Made by a program: the position numbers and the translations under genes. The notes below the pieces were generated by a model that was not told the DNA's origin, made no database searches, and was given only the letters and a program-made list of their open reading frames with translations. From a virus: a stretch of DNA of 64,000 bases. The stretch covers positions 5,031 through 69,030 of the IMG/VR virus record IMGVR_UViG_3300019487_000005; one strand, given 5' to 3'. Positions 35,501 to 44,366 of this stretch are shown piece by piece; the stretch's first letter is position 1; every line of letters starts with the position of its first letter.

Positions 35501-36610
35501 ACTGAATCGCCGGTCAGCGGAATTCTCCAGCGGGCTCTTGGAGGAGTTGCAGACTTGCTCACTCGACCGCGGCGAGTCGGCGGGCCGACGCTGGACACTA
35601 GTGCCACTCGACCGCGCAGAGTGGGCCCTGCTGAGGTTGTAGAGGTGGTGCTGCGTGAAGTTGATACTGGCGAAGTTCTGCAAGGAGCGTCTGGAGGTGG
35701 GGGCACACGCCCTCGACAAGTCTTTACGCAAACAGGAGTAGAGACACGAGAGCGCCGAGTTGAAGACGCGATTATTAAAACTGGTGATCGAACGGTGGCG
35801 AGCGTTGGGCAATTAGGGCAAACAATGGCCCAGCAACTTCAACTAAATGCTCAGACAATCGTTGCCGGGTTGACCCCAAAGAGACAGGGATTCTTCAGTG
35901 GGTTATTACAAGCGGCATTGGGAGGTGCTGTTTCTGGGCTAACTGCCGGAATTACTGGAGGCTTGTTCGGTGGGAGTGGAAATCAAGCGGATGAAGGGCC
36001 GGCGCAACCTCGGCCTACCACACCTCCCACACTGGGTCAATTCCAGAGACGTGCTAAAGGTGGATCAATCAAAGCTGGGCAGCCTTATATTGTTGGTGAA
36101 CGGGGCCAGGAATTATTTGTCTCTAATACTGATGGGCGGATAGTGCCCAATAATCAGGTAAATAATTTCTACCAGCAGATTTCTAAGGAAATCACTAAAG
36201 AGATTGTTTCTCCCTCTTCAATGCAAGATCGGATGAAGGATCTTCAGCTAAAAGTGTCGATCATGCCTGAAAGAGAGTCGGGTACTAAAGACATTCGGGA
36301 ACGAATTGAGAGGTCATTAAAAGAACACGTTGCCGAGCGGATGACTATGGTTCCTTCACGTCAGTATGGCGGTCCAGTGTCTGCGGGCCAGTTTTATCGA
36401 GTTCACGATGAGGAATATTTTAGTCCAGCGCAATCAGGAACAATTTACAACCAGCAACAAATGTCTGAATTCAACCAGCGTCCCACAGTAGTTGAACAAC
36501 ACATTACAGTGAATGTTCCGGTGGCAGCGTCTAATAACGTGAGTACACCTAAATCGCGGCGACAGTTAGGCGATGAAATTGCCTCTGCCTTACAGAACCT
36601 GCAACGTTAA
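32537..36610 (+). CDS. tape measure protein
   Basis: 1357-aa ORF (GTG start) with an N-terminal hydrophobic Ala-rich block and long coiled-coil regions. Canonical position. Confidence 0.85.
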   Translation: MATEIGRLIAVFEADTSKFTAASKQVEASMKQTADSVNVSQKKIGSGELSLAQQLKAAESLQKQRSKALIQQWKEQEKAALQAASGTKSFREVLQDLSNSIGRVQSPLSNISGRVTSLNGAADELTSTMSTAGVAVVSATAAIVAGAVAAAGAITRLTLSAAEATGKMHDLAQQTGFSVETLSALGHAAETSGGSIDTISASLGIFQRHMEEANQGNQEAQRLFKALNIDVRDNEKALRDAFSILSKLPAGAQQTALSLKLFGRSGREVQAVFKEAGADLDKFIATLRDRGVLVTTEMAKRGDDLSDSVTKLRQEFDALKRQVGEEFAPIISEALREFSRWLRDNQQSLIGTAREVGNLLREVKGLADFIYSISPLRLEVEIVRNIKNVIQDIQGSSAQPQAFPGVPGPPASPSIFERFRESIRRGPRPTGSQGGLEFNIRTETQTKEQVAAIRKANEEEARKVVEDQKKLQKQLDSLKRPAGGGGRGGKSPAEAIAEQAVAVARVELRGAEEIYRETLDTERRFFDQSLSSLSTYSQARINAENERFKKEKEVFAAEQELISSSRLRPGERDVKQKDLNQRIQAAELEHGQRLRQIDDDTYRERLANQEDFFRRQLALQHSSLQTLELQLRRAVESGESSAVEAEITRFTKLREIQQTETNRINAQLTQVSPTSERAAQLRDDLKLLQQQIERDTVQHYQNLDTARRDDVNSAQRYSEAIQRIYTDIASINRETLTIELQALEENSFFRTEVIRRRAELERAAESERSKIALQELARRKELIRVEIMDEYEKARQIIAIDQQIDAEKRNSVARQAEITRRAIEEEREKWREFGEDVAGIISAGMRGGLQGLLDEVKSVLDQISAELLKSAIVKLINPNLPTQGSQAGGIIGAITNKILESIGLGPKTTPPGIIRSTGQETRPRTVGDAQQIAVTRQVSQRVDSASTTIVQAQSKQTLELNQARASQTNQLVSQLQMMAEHICQCSAKTESPVSGILQRALGGVADLLTRPRRVGGPTLDTSATRPRRVGPAEVVEVVLREVDTGEVLQGASGGGGTRPRQVFTQTGVETRERRVEDAIIKTGDRTVASVGQLGQTMAQQLQLNAQTIVAGLTPKRQGFFSGLLQAALGGAVSGLTAGITGGLFGGSGNQADEGPAQPRPTTPPTLGQFQRRAKGGSIKAGQPYIVGERGQELFVSNTDGRIVPNNQVNNFYQQISKEITKEIVSPSSMQDRMKDLQLKVSIMPERESGTKDIRERIERSLKEHVAERMTMVPSRQYGGPVSAGQFYRVHDEEYFSPAQSGTIYNQQQMSEFNQRPTVVEQHITVNVPVAASNNVSTPKSRRQLGDEIASALQNLQR

Positions 36611-36613
36611 GTC

Positions 36614-37345
36614 ATGCCGATCTCTTATTCATTTGATGAAATTTTCCTGGACCCAAATATCTTTTCTGACGGTTCAGCTACAGGCGGGCCACAGTTTGCC
36701 AACACCTTTGCGCGAAATCCACAGACAGGAATCAGAAAGATCAACGTAGGAAGATTTGATTTTCAACAAGTCTGGGATGTGCAGACGGAACTCTTAACGG
36801 CTGCTCAATTAGATTACTTTCTTGAGTTCTGGGCTGGGGGATTCGGAAGTGCTTACGGATTCAGGGTGTGGATACCCGCAGACTTCTATGTGATCAATGA
36901 AGTGATTGGGACGGGAACCGGATCGCAGACAGTCTTCAACCTGACAAGAAAATACTTGCGGCCGGGAGCCAATCATTCATACACGAGAAGGATCATCAAG
37001 CCCGTGGTCAATGCTTTACTTGGCGGGAGTTCGGTAACTCTTTACGAAGCAGATGGCGTTACCCAAAGAGTAATCCCAAGCACAAGGGCAACACCGTTCG
37101 GGGTGCCTGCCTTCAGGATCAGAGTGAATAACAGCACGGTGACAAATTACACCGTGGATAACGCCAAAGGCATAGTGACGTTCTCCTCAGCGCCAACAAG
37201 TGGGTATTCGATTGATTGGTCAGGCGAGTACGATACGCCGATGGCCTTCAACACAAATTCCATTCAAATGAAACCAAAAGTAGGATCAGATATTCAAGGC
37301 ATCCAACTTATGGAAATCATGCCCGCGGAATTAAATATTACTTGA
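36614..37345 (+). CDS. distal tail protein, DUF2460 (RcGTA gp12-like)
   Basis: 243-aa ORF. SFDEIFLDPNIFSDGSATGGPQFANTF matches the DUF2460/TIGR02217 N-terminal pattern. Confidence 0.65.
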   Translation: MPISYSFDEIFLDPNIFSDGSATGGPQFANTFARNPQTGIRKINVGRFDFQQVWDVQTELLTAAQLDYFLEFWAGGFGSAYGFRVWIPADFYVINEVIGTGTGSQTVFNLTRKYLRPGANHSYTRRIIKPVVNALLGGSSVTLYEADGVTQRVIPSTRATPFGVPAFRIRVNNSTVTNYTVDNAKGIVTFSSAPTSGYSIDWSGEYDTPMAFNTNSIQMKPKVGSDIQGIQLMEIMPAELNIT

Positions 37346-37358
37346 TTGGGATTACCTT

Positions 37359-38210
37359 ATGCCAAGCGCGGCCATGCTCAACCATCTCGCCGGTCCCACA
37401 ACTTTTGTTGTCCCCATCTGGAAAATAGTCTCGGTGGAAAGCGAAACCGCGGCGTTCGCCTCGCACACTAGAGATCTAGTCTTTAGCGGCACTACCTACA
37501 AAGCTGCTCCCGTAGCTCCGACTCAGATCAGCCAAACCCTCGGAGTGCAACAAGCTAATCACGGTGAACTCTTTGGCGTGTTTGATGACGTGATCTCAGA
37601 AGACGAAGTACAGGGCGGCAAGTGGAAGAACGCCTCAATCACCTTTGAGTATATTGTCTACGATCCGGCTACCGGGGCGGCGAGCACGATTGTGACTGAT
37701 TCAGTAGGAAAGCAGAGAGGGCAGGCGGGTCAGTTTACGATCCAGAATGGGACTTTTACGGTGGAGTTTAAGTCAATTGCTGATCGGCTCCAGCAGGAAA
37801 TTGGCTCTCTGACTTCTCCAATAGACAGACGCAGGAAGCTCGAGGATTTGGGGATAACCACGACTCCTTACATTTTCGCCCGAACGGTTGCTTCAGTAGT
37901 GGATCGAAGAAACTTTACAGTCAATGGGACAGCACAGGCGAATGATTATTTTAGGTATGGCCGATGCAAGTTTACCAGTGGCGCTAATAACAACCTTGAA
38001 ATGGAGATCAAGGCGAATACAGGGAATACGATAGAGCTTCAATTGCCGATGAGAAGTAATATTTCAAACGGCGATGGTGTGAGTCTTTATGCCGGGTATG
38101 ACGGATCGATTGAACAAGCTCGCGATAAATTCCCTGGTTCGGTAGATGGGTTTGATGGTGAACCGGATCTGCCTGGACTGCTTCAAGGCATATTGAGATA
38201 CCCGGAATGA
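37359..38210 (+). CDS. DUF2163 (RcGTA gp13-like, BR0599 family) tail protein
   Basis: 283-aa ORF. Assigned by gene order and the ..HTRDLVFSGTTYKAAP.. pattern. Confidence 0.6.
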   Translation: MPSAAMLNHLAGPTTFVVPIWKIVSVESETAAFASHTRDLVFSGTTYKAAPVAPTQISQTLGVQQANHGELFGVFDDVISEDEVQGGKWKNASITFEYIVYDPATGAASTIVTDSVGKQRGQAGQFTIQNGTFTVEFKSIADRLQQEIGSLTSPIDRRRKLEDLGITTTPYIFARTVASVVDRRNFTVNGTAQANDYFRYGRCKFTSGANNNLEMEIKANTGNTIELQLPMRSNISNGDGVSLYAGYDGSIEQARDKFPGSVDGFDGEPDLPGLLQGILRYPE

Positions 38211-38641
38211 GTGAACTAGCCGAAAAAATAGTTGAAATCGCGAAGACCTGGGAGGGTACCAAATGGCAGCACCAGGGCCGCTTAAAGCAGCACGGAGTTG
38301 ACTGTGCGGGCTTTATCTCCGAAGTGGCCCGGGAATCAGGAATCGATCATTCGCCTATCCCTGCCGACTATCATCTAAGAGAAAACGGTTCTGAGATGCT
38401 TCGCCTGCTTCAGAATCATATGGAGTTTGTCCCGACAGCAGAAATGCAGGCAGGGGATGTATTGGCTTTCTGCGATGAAGCCTGCCGGGAACCAAACATT
38501 CCGCGACATCTAGCAATCGTGATGGAGATTACCCCTAAGACTACTTACATAATTCATGCCAGCGAGCACGGAGTTCGTAAGCATAGAATCGACAGCCACT
38601 GGCGCCGGCGGATTCACAGCGTATGGAGAGTGCATCAGTAG
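38207..38641 (+). CDS. NlpC/P60 cell-wall peptidase (RcGTA gp14-like)
   Basis: 144-aa ORF. GVDCAGFISEVA (Cys nucleophile) ... RHLAIV ... IIHA. Confidence 0.75.
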   Translation: MSELAEKIVEIAKTWEGTKWQHQGRLKQHGVDCAGFISEVARESGIDHSPIPADYHLRENGSEMLRLLQNHMEFVPTAEMQAGDVLAFCDEACREPNIPRHLAIVMEITPKTTYIIHASEHGVRKHRIDSHWRRRIHSVWRVHQ

Positions 38642-41600
38642 AAATTGCCACTCAGAAACGAGCGGAACTCGAGCAGGCCATTCGAGAAGAGAAGATCGAA
38701 TTGCCAGCTGGGATTCTGGTGGCTGCTCTGGTCTCTGCCGGGGTTGCTGCTGCTTCCTACGCGATAAGCTACGCCTTCCAGCCTAAACAACCCCGCCAGG
38801 AAGTTGGGAAGCTTACCGGGACTCTTCAGCTTCAGAATTCAGAACAGGGAATCTTTATCCCGGAGATCTATGGAGCGGGCCCAACAGTCAACGTAGTCTC
38901 CGGGGTCACTCCTACTTATCAGAATGTCGTAAATGCTTCAGTTGGGTCAGGGGGAGCAATCACCAAGAACGCAGGAGGTAGTGGGGTCTGGAATGCGTTC
39001 GCTTCGACTACGGCTAATGTAACAGCAGGGAATGATGCCTTCATTCGCTGGAATGTTGCCGCCGCTCCGGTAGTAATTGGGTTTGGTACTGTTTCCAACC
39101 CCTCAAATATCAACCATTTAATGTTCGGTGTACTCTGTAATCTCACCAGTCTGCCAAGTAACACAGTGAAACAGGCAATCCAAATATGGAGTCAGTTGTC
39201 CGGTAGTTTGATCTCGACAAATGATGTGGGAAGCTGGACAACCTCGGACACAATCCAGGTGGAGATTCGAGACAATCGGTTTCACGCATATAAGAACTCG
39301 GTGGAATTGACTAATGGGGGTTTTGCCGTTCCGGGCTATCCGCTGTGGCCCACGGTGATGATGCACAACATTGGGTCTGGCACTTCTGCTTTAACTATCA
39401 AGACAGATAGTGCGATTGGGGATGCTCCTAATCACGGGCGAGGAGGGTGTAAGGTTCCAGCAATCATTATCTGGACTTCAGGGATCAGGAAGCATGTGAC
39501 TTCAACGCCAGCCCCGGGTCAGGGCGGAGGAAAGGGTGGTGGTGGAGGAGGTGGAGGAAGTACAGTTACTCAGATCACCTACGATATAGACGCGGCTTGC
39601 ATGTTTGCTAATCGCGGGCCTTACTCACTGATCCGAGAATATGCAAACGCCGATGTGTTAATTGATCAGTATACTGGAACAGCGAACCCCTCGGGAGTTT
39701 ATGATCCGGGGGTCGGTCCAGATCCGGGCTACGATCCCGGTACACCTCCTGATCCGATTATCGATTACGAGATTCCTATCTTTCGTGTGGATGCGGCAGT
39801 TGATTACGATGCTGAAGATGTAGGCACCGGGACTATTCAAGGAGGAGCGTCGCCCTTCGCCTTCTATCCAGGGAATACCGATCAGCAGCCCGATCCGGAT
39901 ATTGAATCAGACGTAGACGCGAAACACGGGGCGGGATCGACGCCTGCTTACCATAATCGTTCTTACATAAAGCATAAAACTCTTTCTCTGTCCCGGTGGT
40001 CAGGGATCTTTCCAAACATCACCGGGGTGTTAGAGCATGCCACGCTAAAGACGATGGATGCCATCCTTGCATCGCTGTGTGAACGGGTGAATGTTAAAAC
40101 GGCTAATGGAGATTATTCGTTTACCGCGCTGTCAGCGATAAAGCCTCGAGGAATGTTGATCGCGGGACGAACGTTTACCCCGGCAGAGATCCTTGGTTCC
40201 CCGGATATTCAGTTGGTTTATAACTATTTCGTCACTGAAGTTGAAGGACAATTAAAGGGTTATCTGGAAGGCACTGAACCATCTTTAACGATTGCAGATA
40301 CAGAGGTGGGGTGGATTGCAGGAGACGCGGAACTGCCTGACGTAATTCCCGAGGTGGAGACCATCCAGGCTTCGGAGATCTCTCTGCCGCGGCAGGTGGA
40401 TGTCAAATACATTGATCCTGATCATGAGTGGGAGCCAAACACCCAAAGCGCAATCCGCCAGATTACACAAGGAGAAACCAAGCAGTTAGTCGATGTCCAG
40501 TTGACTCTGTTGGCAGATGAAGCGCGGGCCGCAGCTCAGAGGAAGTTATACCGCGATTACGTTGGTGGAGCAGTTTATAAATTCACCTTGCCTTGGACCT
40601 ATCTTTATCTTCATCCGGGATACAAGCTCACGATCAACCGGGCCGAAGGGTTTTCGCATGTAATGAGATTGACTTCGATCACCGGAGGGGTGGGGATCTT
40701 GGAGTGTGAGGGCATTGCTCTGGAACCAGCAGTGTTTACTCAACCTGCAACCGGAGTGTTTCCACCAGGCGGTCCTCCGTCTCAACAAGTCCCGGCTTCG
40801 ACTGTGCTTCAGTTATTTGACACGCCTTTACTTAGAGATGGAGACGAGACGATCAACAACGGGGTAATCAGGTACGCCGGGGGAGTGCCGCGAACTGGAG
40901 ATAATCAAACGTGGACTGGGTTTATTCTCTACGGAAAGAGACGGGATGAGTACGAGTTCTTTGAAAGCTTTACCGTCCCAGCCACGGTGGGGACGATTGT
41001 TTCTGTCTCGGATCTTCATCCCAATCCGGCAGTAGTGGATATTCCCTTTACTGCTGATGCATCTACAGATGTTTGCACCAGCACGGCTCATGAACTGCAG
41101 AATGATGATGCGGTGGTGCCTCAGAATACCGGAGGTGGGTTGCCGAGTCCATTGGTAGCGGGAACGACTTATTACGTCCGAGATCGCACCACAAACACGT
41201 TTAAGTTAGCAGCAACACTGGGGGGTTCTGCAATCAACCTTACGACCAATGGGACAGGGAGCCATTATCTGAATGTAGGAAAGATCACGGTCGATCTTTA
41301 TGGGACGGCCGCCACGTTGGTGAGTATCACAAAAGCCGATCTCTTGGCCGGGGAGAATTTGGCAGTGGCCGGGAATATGGTTTTTAACTTCATGACTGCG
41401 ACTCAAGTCTCGGGCTTCCCGAATCGTTGGGATCTAACCGTCTTGAGAACAGGTCAGAGAGGGACAGACCATTTAACCTCCAGCGTAGCGGCAACGCAGC
41501 GGTTTGCTTTTGTAAATGAGGCGATTAAAGCCGTGCCGATGCTGGTCGAGGATGTGAATGATTCGATTGACTACCGAGCAGTGACAGTGGGCCAGTCTCA

Positions 41601-41880
41601 GGGAGATGCTGCGACTATTACGAACGTCTGGACTGGAAACACGTTAAGAGCCCGCAAGGTGATGGGGATTGTAGTTAATCGAGACGCAAGTGCTGACTTT
41701 ATGATTCAGTTCATTGGAGACCCAAGACCAAGCGAAGTTCCCGAGGACTATGCAGTTGAAATCTGGAAAGATACTGATAGGTCGAATCCAGCCAACCGGA
41801 AACGGATTCTTCCAATCACTTCAGGAACGTCGCATGCAGTCTTGCTGAGAGTGTCGCAGGGCGAGCCACAGATCAGTTAA
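38623..41880 (+). CDS. host-specificity / central tail fibre protein (gpJ / RcGTA gp15-like)
   Basis: 1085-aa ORF following the DUF2460/DUF2163/P60 trio. Contains an internal Gly run, GQGGGKGGGGGGGGS. Confidence 0.7.
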   Translation: MESASVEIATQKRAELEQAIREEKIELPAGILVAALVSAGVAAASYAISYAFQPKQPRQEVGKLTGTLQLQNSEQGIFIPEIYGAGPTVNVVSGVTPTYQNVVNASVGSGGAITKNAGGSGVWNAFASTTANVTAGNDAFIRWNVAAAPVVIGFGTVSNPSNINHLMFGVLCNLTSLPSNTVKQAIQIWSQLSGSLISTNDVGSWTTSDTIQVEIRDNRFHAYKNSVELTNGGFAVPGYPLWPTVMMHNIGSGTSALTIKTDSAIGDAPNHGRGGCKVPAIIIWTSGIRKHVTSTPAPGQGGGKGGGGGGGGSTVTQITYDIDAACMFANRGPYSLIREYANADVLIDQYTGTANPSGVYDPGVGPDPGYDPGTPPDPIIDYEIPIFRVDAAVDYDAEDVGTGTIQGGASPFAFYPGNTDQQPDPDIESDVDAKHGAGSTPAYHNRSYIKHKTLSLSRWSGIFPNITGVLEHATLKTMDAILASLCERVNVKTANGDYSFTALSAIKPRGMLIAGRTFTPAEILGSPDIQLVYNYFVTEVEGQLKGYLEGTEPSLTIADTEVGWIAGDAELPDVIPEVETIQASEISLPRQVDVKYIDPDHEWEPNTQSAIRQITQGETKQLVDVQLTLLADEARAAAQRKLYRDYVGGAVYKFTLPWTYLYLHPGYKLTINRAEGFSHVMRLTSITGGVGILECEGIALEPAVFTQPATGVFPPGGPPSQQVPASTVLQLFDTPLLRDGDETINNGVIRYAGGVPRTGDNQTWTGFILYGKRRDEYEFFESFTVPATVGTIVSVSDLHPNPAVVDIPFTADASTDVCTSTAHELQNDDAVVPQNTGGGLPSPLVAGTTYYVRDRTTNTFKLAATLGGSAINLTTNGTGSHYLNVGKITVDLYGTAATLVSITKADLLAGENLAVAGNMVFNFMTATQVSGFPNRWDLTVLRTGQRGTDHLTSSVAATQRFAFVNEAIKAVPMLVEDVNDSIDYRAVTVGQSQGDAATITNVWTGNTLRARKVMGIVVNRDASADFMIQFIGDPRPSEVPEDYAVEIWKDTDRSNPANRKRILPITSGTSHAVLLRVSQGEPQIS

Positions 41881-42840
41881 ATGGCGACATATAAGAAAAC
41901 AAGTGTTTTAAATCGGAATAATCTGATGGGACCGGCCACTGCCGCGTCTTCAGAGTTTATTGATCAGACCTGGACGCGGTTTGATTTTGGGATTCATTGG
42001 TCAGGCTCCGATGGCGGGGTGACGGGTCTGGGGAATAGTACGTTTGCTGGCCTGGTTGACAGTGACAGCTTACTCAATGGAAGTCCTACATGGGTGTTTG
42101 GATATGACAATCCTTCCAATACACCGGTTTGGGTAAAGTGGGAAGCAGGAACCCGAGCGGGAACCGTGAAAGAAGTTTTCTATAACCACGGTCGATTGAT
42201 CGCTACTCGGGACAACGTAGATCCCGGGTTTGGATCTATTCACATTCAGGACTCAGACCCTGAGGATGCAGGGCGGCCGGGGCCGAGATACACGATTGCG
42301 CTCGCTGGAACAGAATATCGTGTTTATACGCCCCGGCCTGCAGGGTTTGGTGACAAGCCCTATGTAACGATCTCGGCCCCGCTCCTGGGATTTCCTTTCC
42401 CTCTCTCACTTGGGATGAAAGCCAGTTCCAATGTCATCATCAGAAATGTAATCTCTGGGGCAGGCGTAATTCCCACGACCATCTATTCCAAGAAACAGCA
42501 GATCGAGGATTTCAAGATCGCTGTGACGGTGGATTCAGGGACAGATGTATTTACCGCTACGGCTCATGGATTAGCCAACGACACCGCGATTTGGATTGAT
42601 GCCAACACTCTGCCCGGGGGTTTAACTGCGGGCGCGGTTTATTGGGTGCGTGATCAAACGTCCAATACTTTTAAAGTAGCAGCCACGCAGGGCGGGGCGG
42701 CAGTGAATATCACCTCTAATGGCGCCGATGTGGTAGTGGCTCCGAGACAGGGACTTTTAAATTTGAGGATCTATCAAATCGGGAGGTATCCAGGCGTTGA
42801 CGGGCTGCCAACTGATGTCACGACACCATCTCTGCTATGA
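41881..42840 (+). CDS. tail-associated protein
   Basis: 319-aa ORF. It shares a ~70-aa C-terminal module with the preceding gene (..TAHGLANDTA...YWVRDQTSNTFKVAATQGGAAVNITSNG). Confidence 0.5.
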   Translation: MATYKKTSVLNRNNLMGPATAASSEFIDQTWTRFDFGIHWSGSDGGVTGLGNSTFAGLVDSDSLLNGSPTWVFGYDNPSNTPVWVKWEAGTRAGTVKEVFYNHGRLIATRDNVDPGFGSIHIQDSDPEDAGRPGPRYTIALAGTEYRVYTPRPAGFGDKPYVTISAPLLGFPFPLSLGMKASSNVIIRNVISGAGVIPTTIYSKKQQIEDFKIAVTVDSGTDVFTATAHGLANDTAIWIDANTLPGGLTAGAVYWVRDQTSNTFKVAATQGGAAVNITSNGADVVVAPRQGLLNLRIYQIGRYPGVDGLPTDVTTPSLL

Positions 42841-44366
42841 CTACATTAACTAAATTCAATCAGGCATACCCAGAGGTTGCCGCCTATTTAAATTCAACTC
42901 TGATTCCAGAGATCGAAGCCATCCCAACAGGCGGAGATGTCGCGAGCAATACTGCAACGTCCGTAGTTGATGAATTAGTGTTGTTTGCTGATACCTCTGG
43001 AAAGTTGCTTAAACGGGCCACCGGCTCAGGGATCGTCAAGACTGCTAGTGGGGTTTATTCAACGGTTGCCGCACCTTCCGGGGCGATAGTGGGAGATACA
43101 GATACCCAGACACTAACGAATAAGACTATTGATGGCGATCTGAATACTCTAGTCGATATAGGCGCCGGCTCCTTAAAGCTTTCCGCTACTGATCGACTTT
43201 TAGGAAGGGATACGACTGGGGCTGGAGCCGCAGAAGAATTAACCGTCTCTGGAGGCGTGGAGTTTACCGGAGGTGGCGGAATACAAACTTCGGCTTTCAC
43301 TGGTGACGTGACTAAAAGTGCGGGGGGCACCGCCCAAACCATTGCGAACGATGCTGTGACGTTTGCGAAAATGCAGAACATCGCCACAGATCGACTGTTA
43401 GGCAGGGATACCGCGGCCACAGGCGATGTGGAAGAGTTGACGGTTGGCGGAGGAGTGGAATTCAGCGGAGCAGGTGGGATTCAACGATCCGCTTTGACCG
43501 GAGATGTGACGGCCTCAGCTGGAAGCAACTCCACAACGATAGCCAATGATGCGGTTACGTATGCAAAGATTCAAAACGTCTCCGCTACGAATAGAATTCT
43601 TGGCCGCGCCACCGCAGGCGCGGGCGACGTGGAAGAGATCACGGTTGGTGGGGACCTCACACAGTCAGGAAGTTCTTTCACCATAGCCAACAACGCAGTT
43701 ACCCTGGCGAAACTCCAAGACATTACTTCAGATCGATTACTTGGTAGAGACACTACGGGTTCAGGTGATCCGGAACAATTAACTGTCGGAGGTGGAGTGG
43801 AATTTACCGGGTCGGGCGGAATCCAGACTTCTGCGTTTACTGGAGACGTAACGAAGTCAGCTGGAGGTACTGCACAGACTATCGCTAACGATGCGGTGAC
43901 CTACGCCAAGATGCAGAACGTTTCTGCCGCTTCGAAGCTTCTGGGTCGAGGAGATTCAGGCTCAGGTGATCCGCAGGAGCTTACTTTAGGCACGAACCTG
44001 TCAATGAGCGGAACCACGCTCAACGCTACGGGCAGTTCTCAAGCGGAGACTATTGTTGGGGCCTATGTTACCAAGCCCCAGATCACTTCCAATCAAAACA
44101 ATTATTCATTGGGGGCAGGATTAAACTTTCGACTCTCTTCAGACGCGAATAGAAATATCACTGGATTTGCAGCCGGCTCAGACGGAGAAGAAAAGCGGTT
44201 GATTAATACCGGATCATTCACTATCGTTTTAACGAACGAAGATTCAGCGAGTTCCGCGGCGAACAGATTGATCACGGGAACGGGAGTGAAGGTTTATTTA
44301 TTCCCGAACGAAACAGCGACCATGATTTACGACAACACCACAGCAAGATGGAGGCTTTGGGATTAA
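42837..44366 (+). CDS. tail fibre protein with ~66-aa tandem repeats
   Basis: 509-aa ORF with 4-5 units of DRLLGRDTxGxGxxEELTVxGGVEFxGxGGIQxSAxTGDVTxSAGxxxxTIANDAVTxAKMQN. Confidence 0.6.
   Translation: MTTLTKFNQAYPEVAAYLNSTLIPEIEAIPTGGDVASNTATSVVDELVLFADTSGKLLKRATGSGIVKTASGVYSTVAAPSGAIVGDTDTQTLTNKTIDGDLNTLVDIGAGSLKLSATDRLLGRDTTGAGAAEELTVSGGVEFTGGGGIQTSAFTGDVTKSAGGTAQTIANDAVTFAKMQNIATDRLLGRDTAATGDVEELTVGGGVEFSGAGGIQRSALTGDVTASAGSNSTTIANDAVTYAKIQNVSATNRILGRATAGAGDVEEITVGGDLTQSGSSFTIANNAVTLAKLQDITSDRLLGRDTTGSGDPEQLTVGGGVEFTGSGGIQTSAFTGDVTKSAGGTAQTIANDAVTYAKMQNVSAASKLLGRGDSGSGDPQELTLGTNLSMSGTTLNATGSSQAETIVGAYVTKPQITSNQNNYSLGAGLNFRLSSDANRNITGFAAGSDGEEKRLINTGSFTIVLTNEDSASSAANRLITGTGVKVYLFPNETATMIYDNTTARWRLWD
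43191..44027 (+). repeat. intragenic tandem repeats (~200 nt units) in the tail fibre gene
   Basis: Units of 66, 67, 47, 67 and 32 aa, counted in the translation starting at Asp119. Confidence 0.7.

Noticed and set aside
32506-36610. Numerous 60-140-aa minus-strand and alternative-frame ORFs inside the tape measure, host-specificity, fibre, portal and protease genes
   Set aside because: They are nested within long, well-supported structural genes. They have typical shadow-ORF composition and no independent signals.
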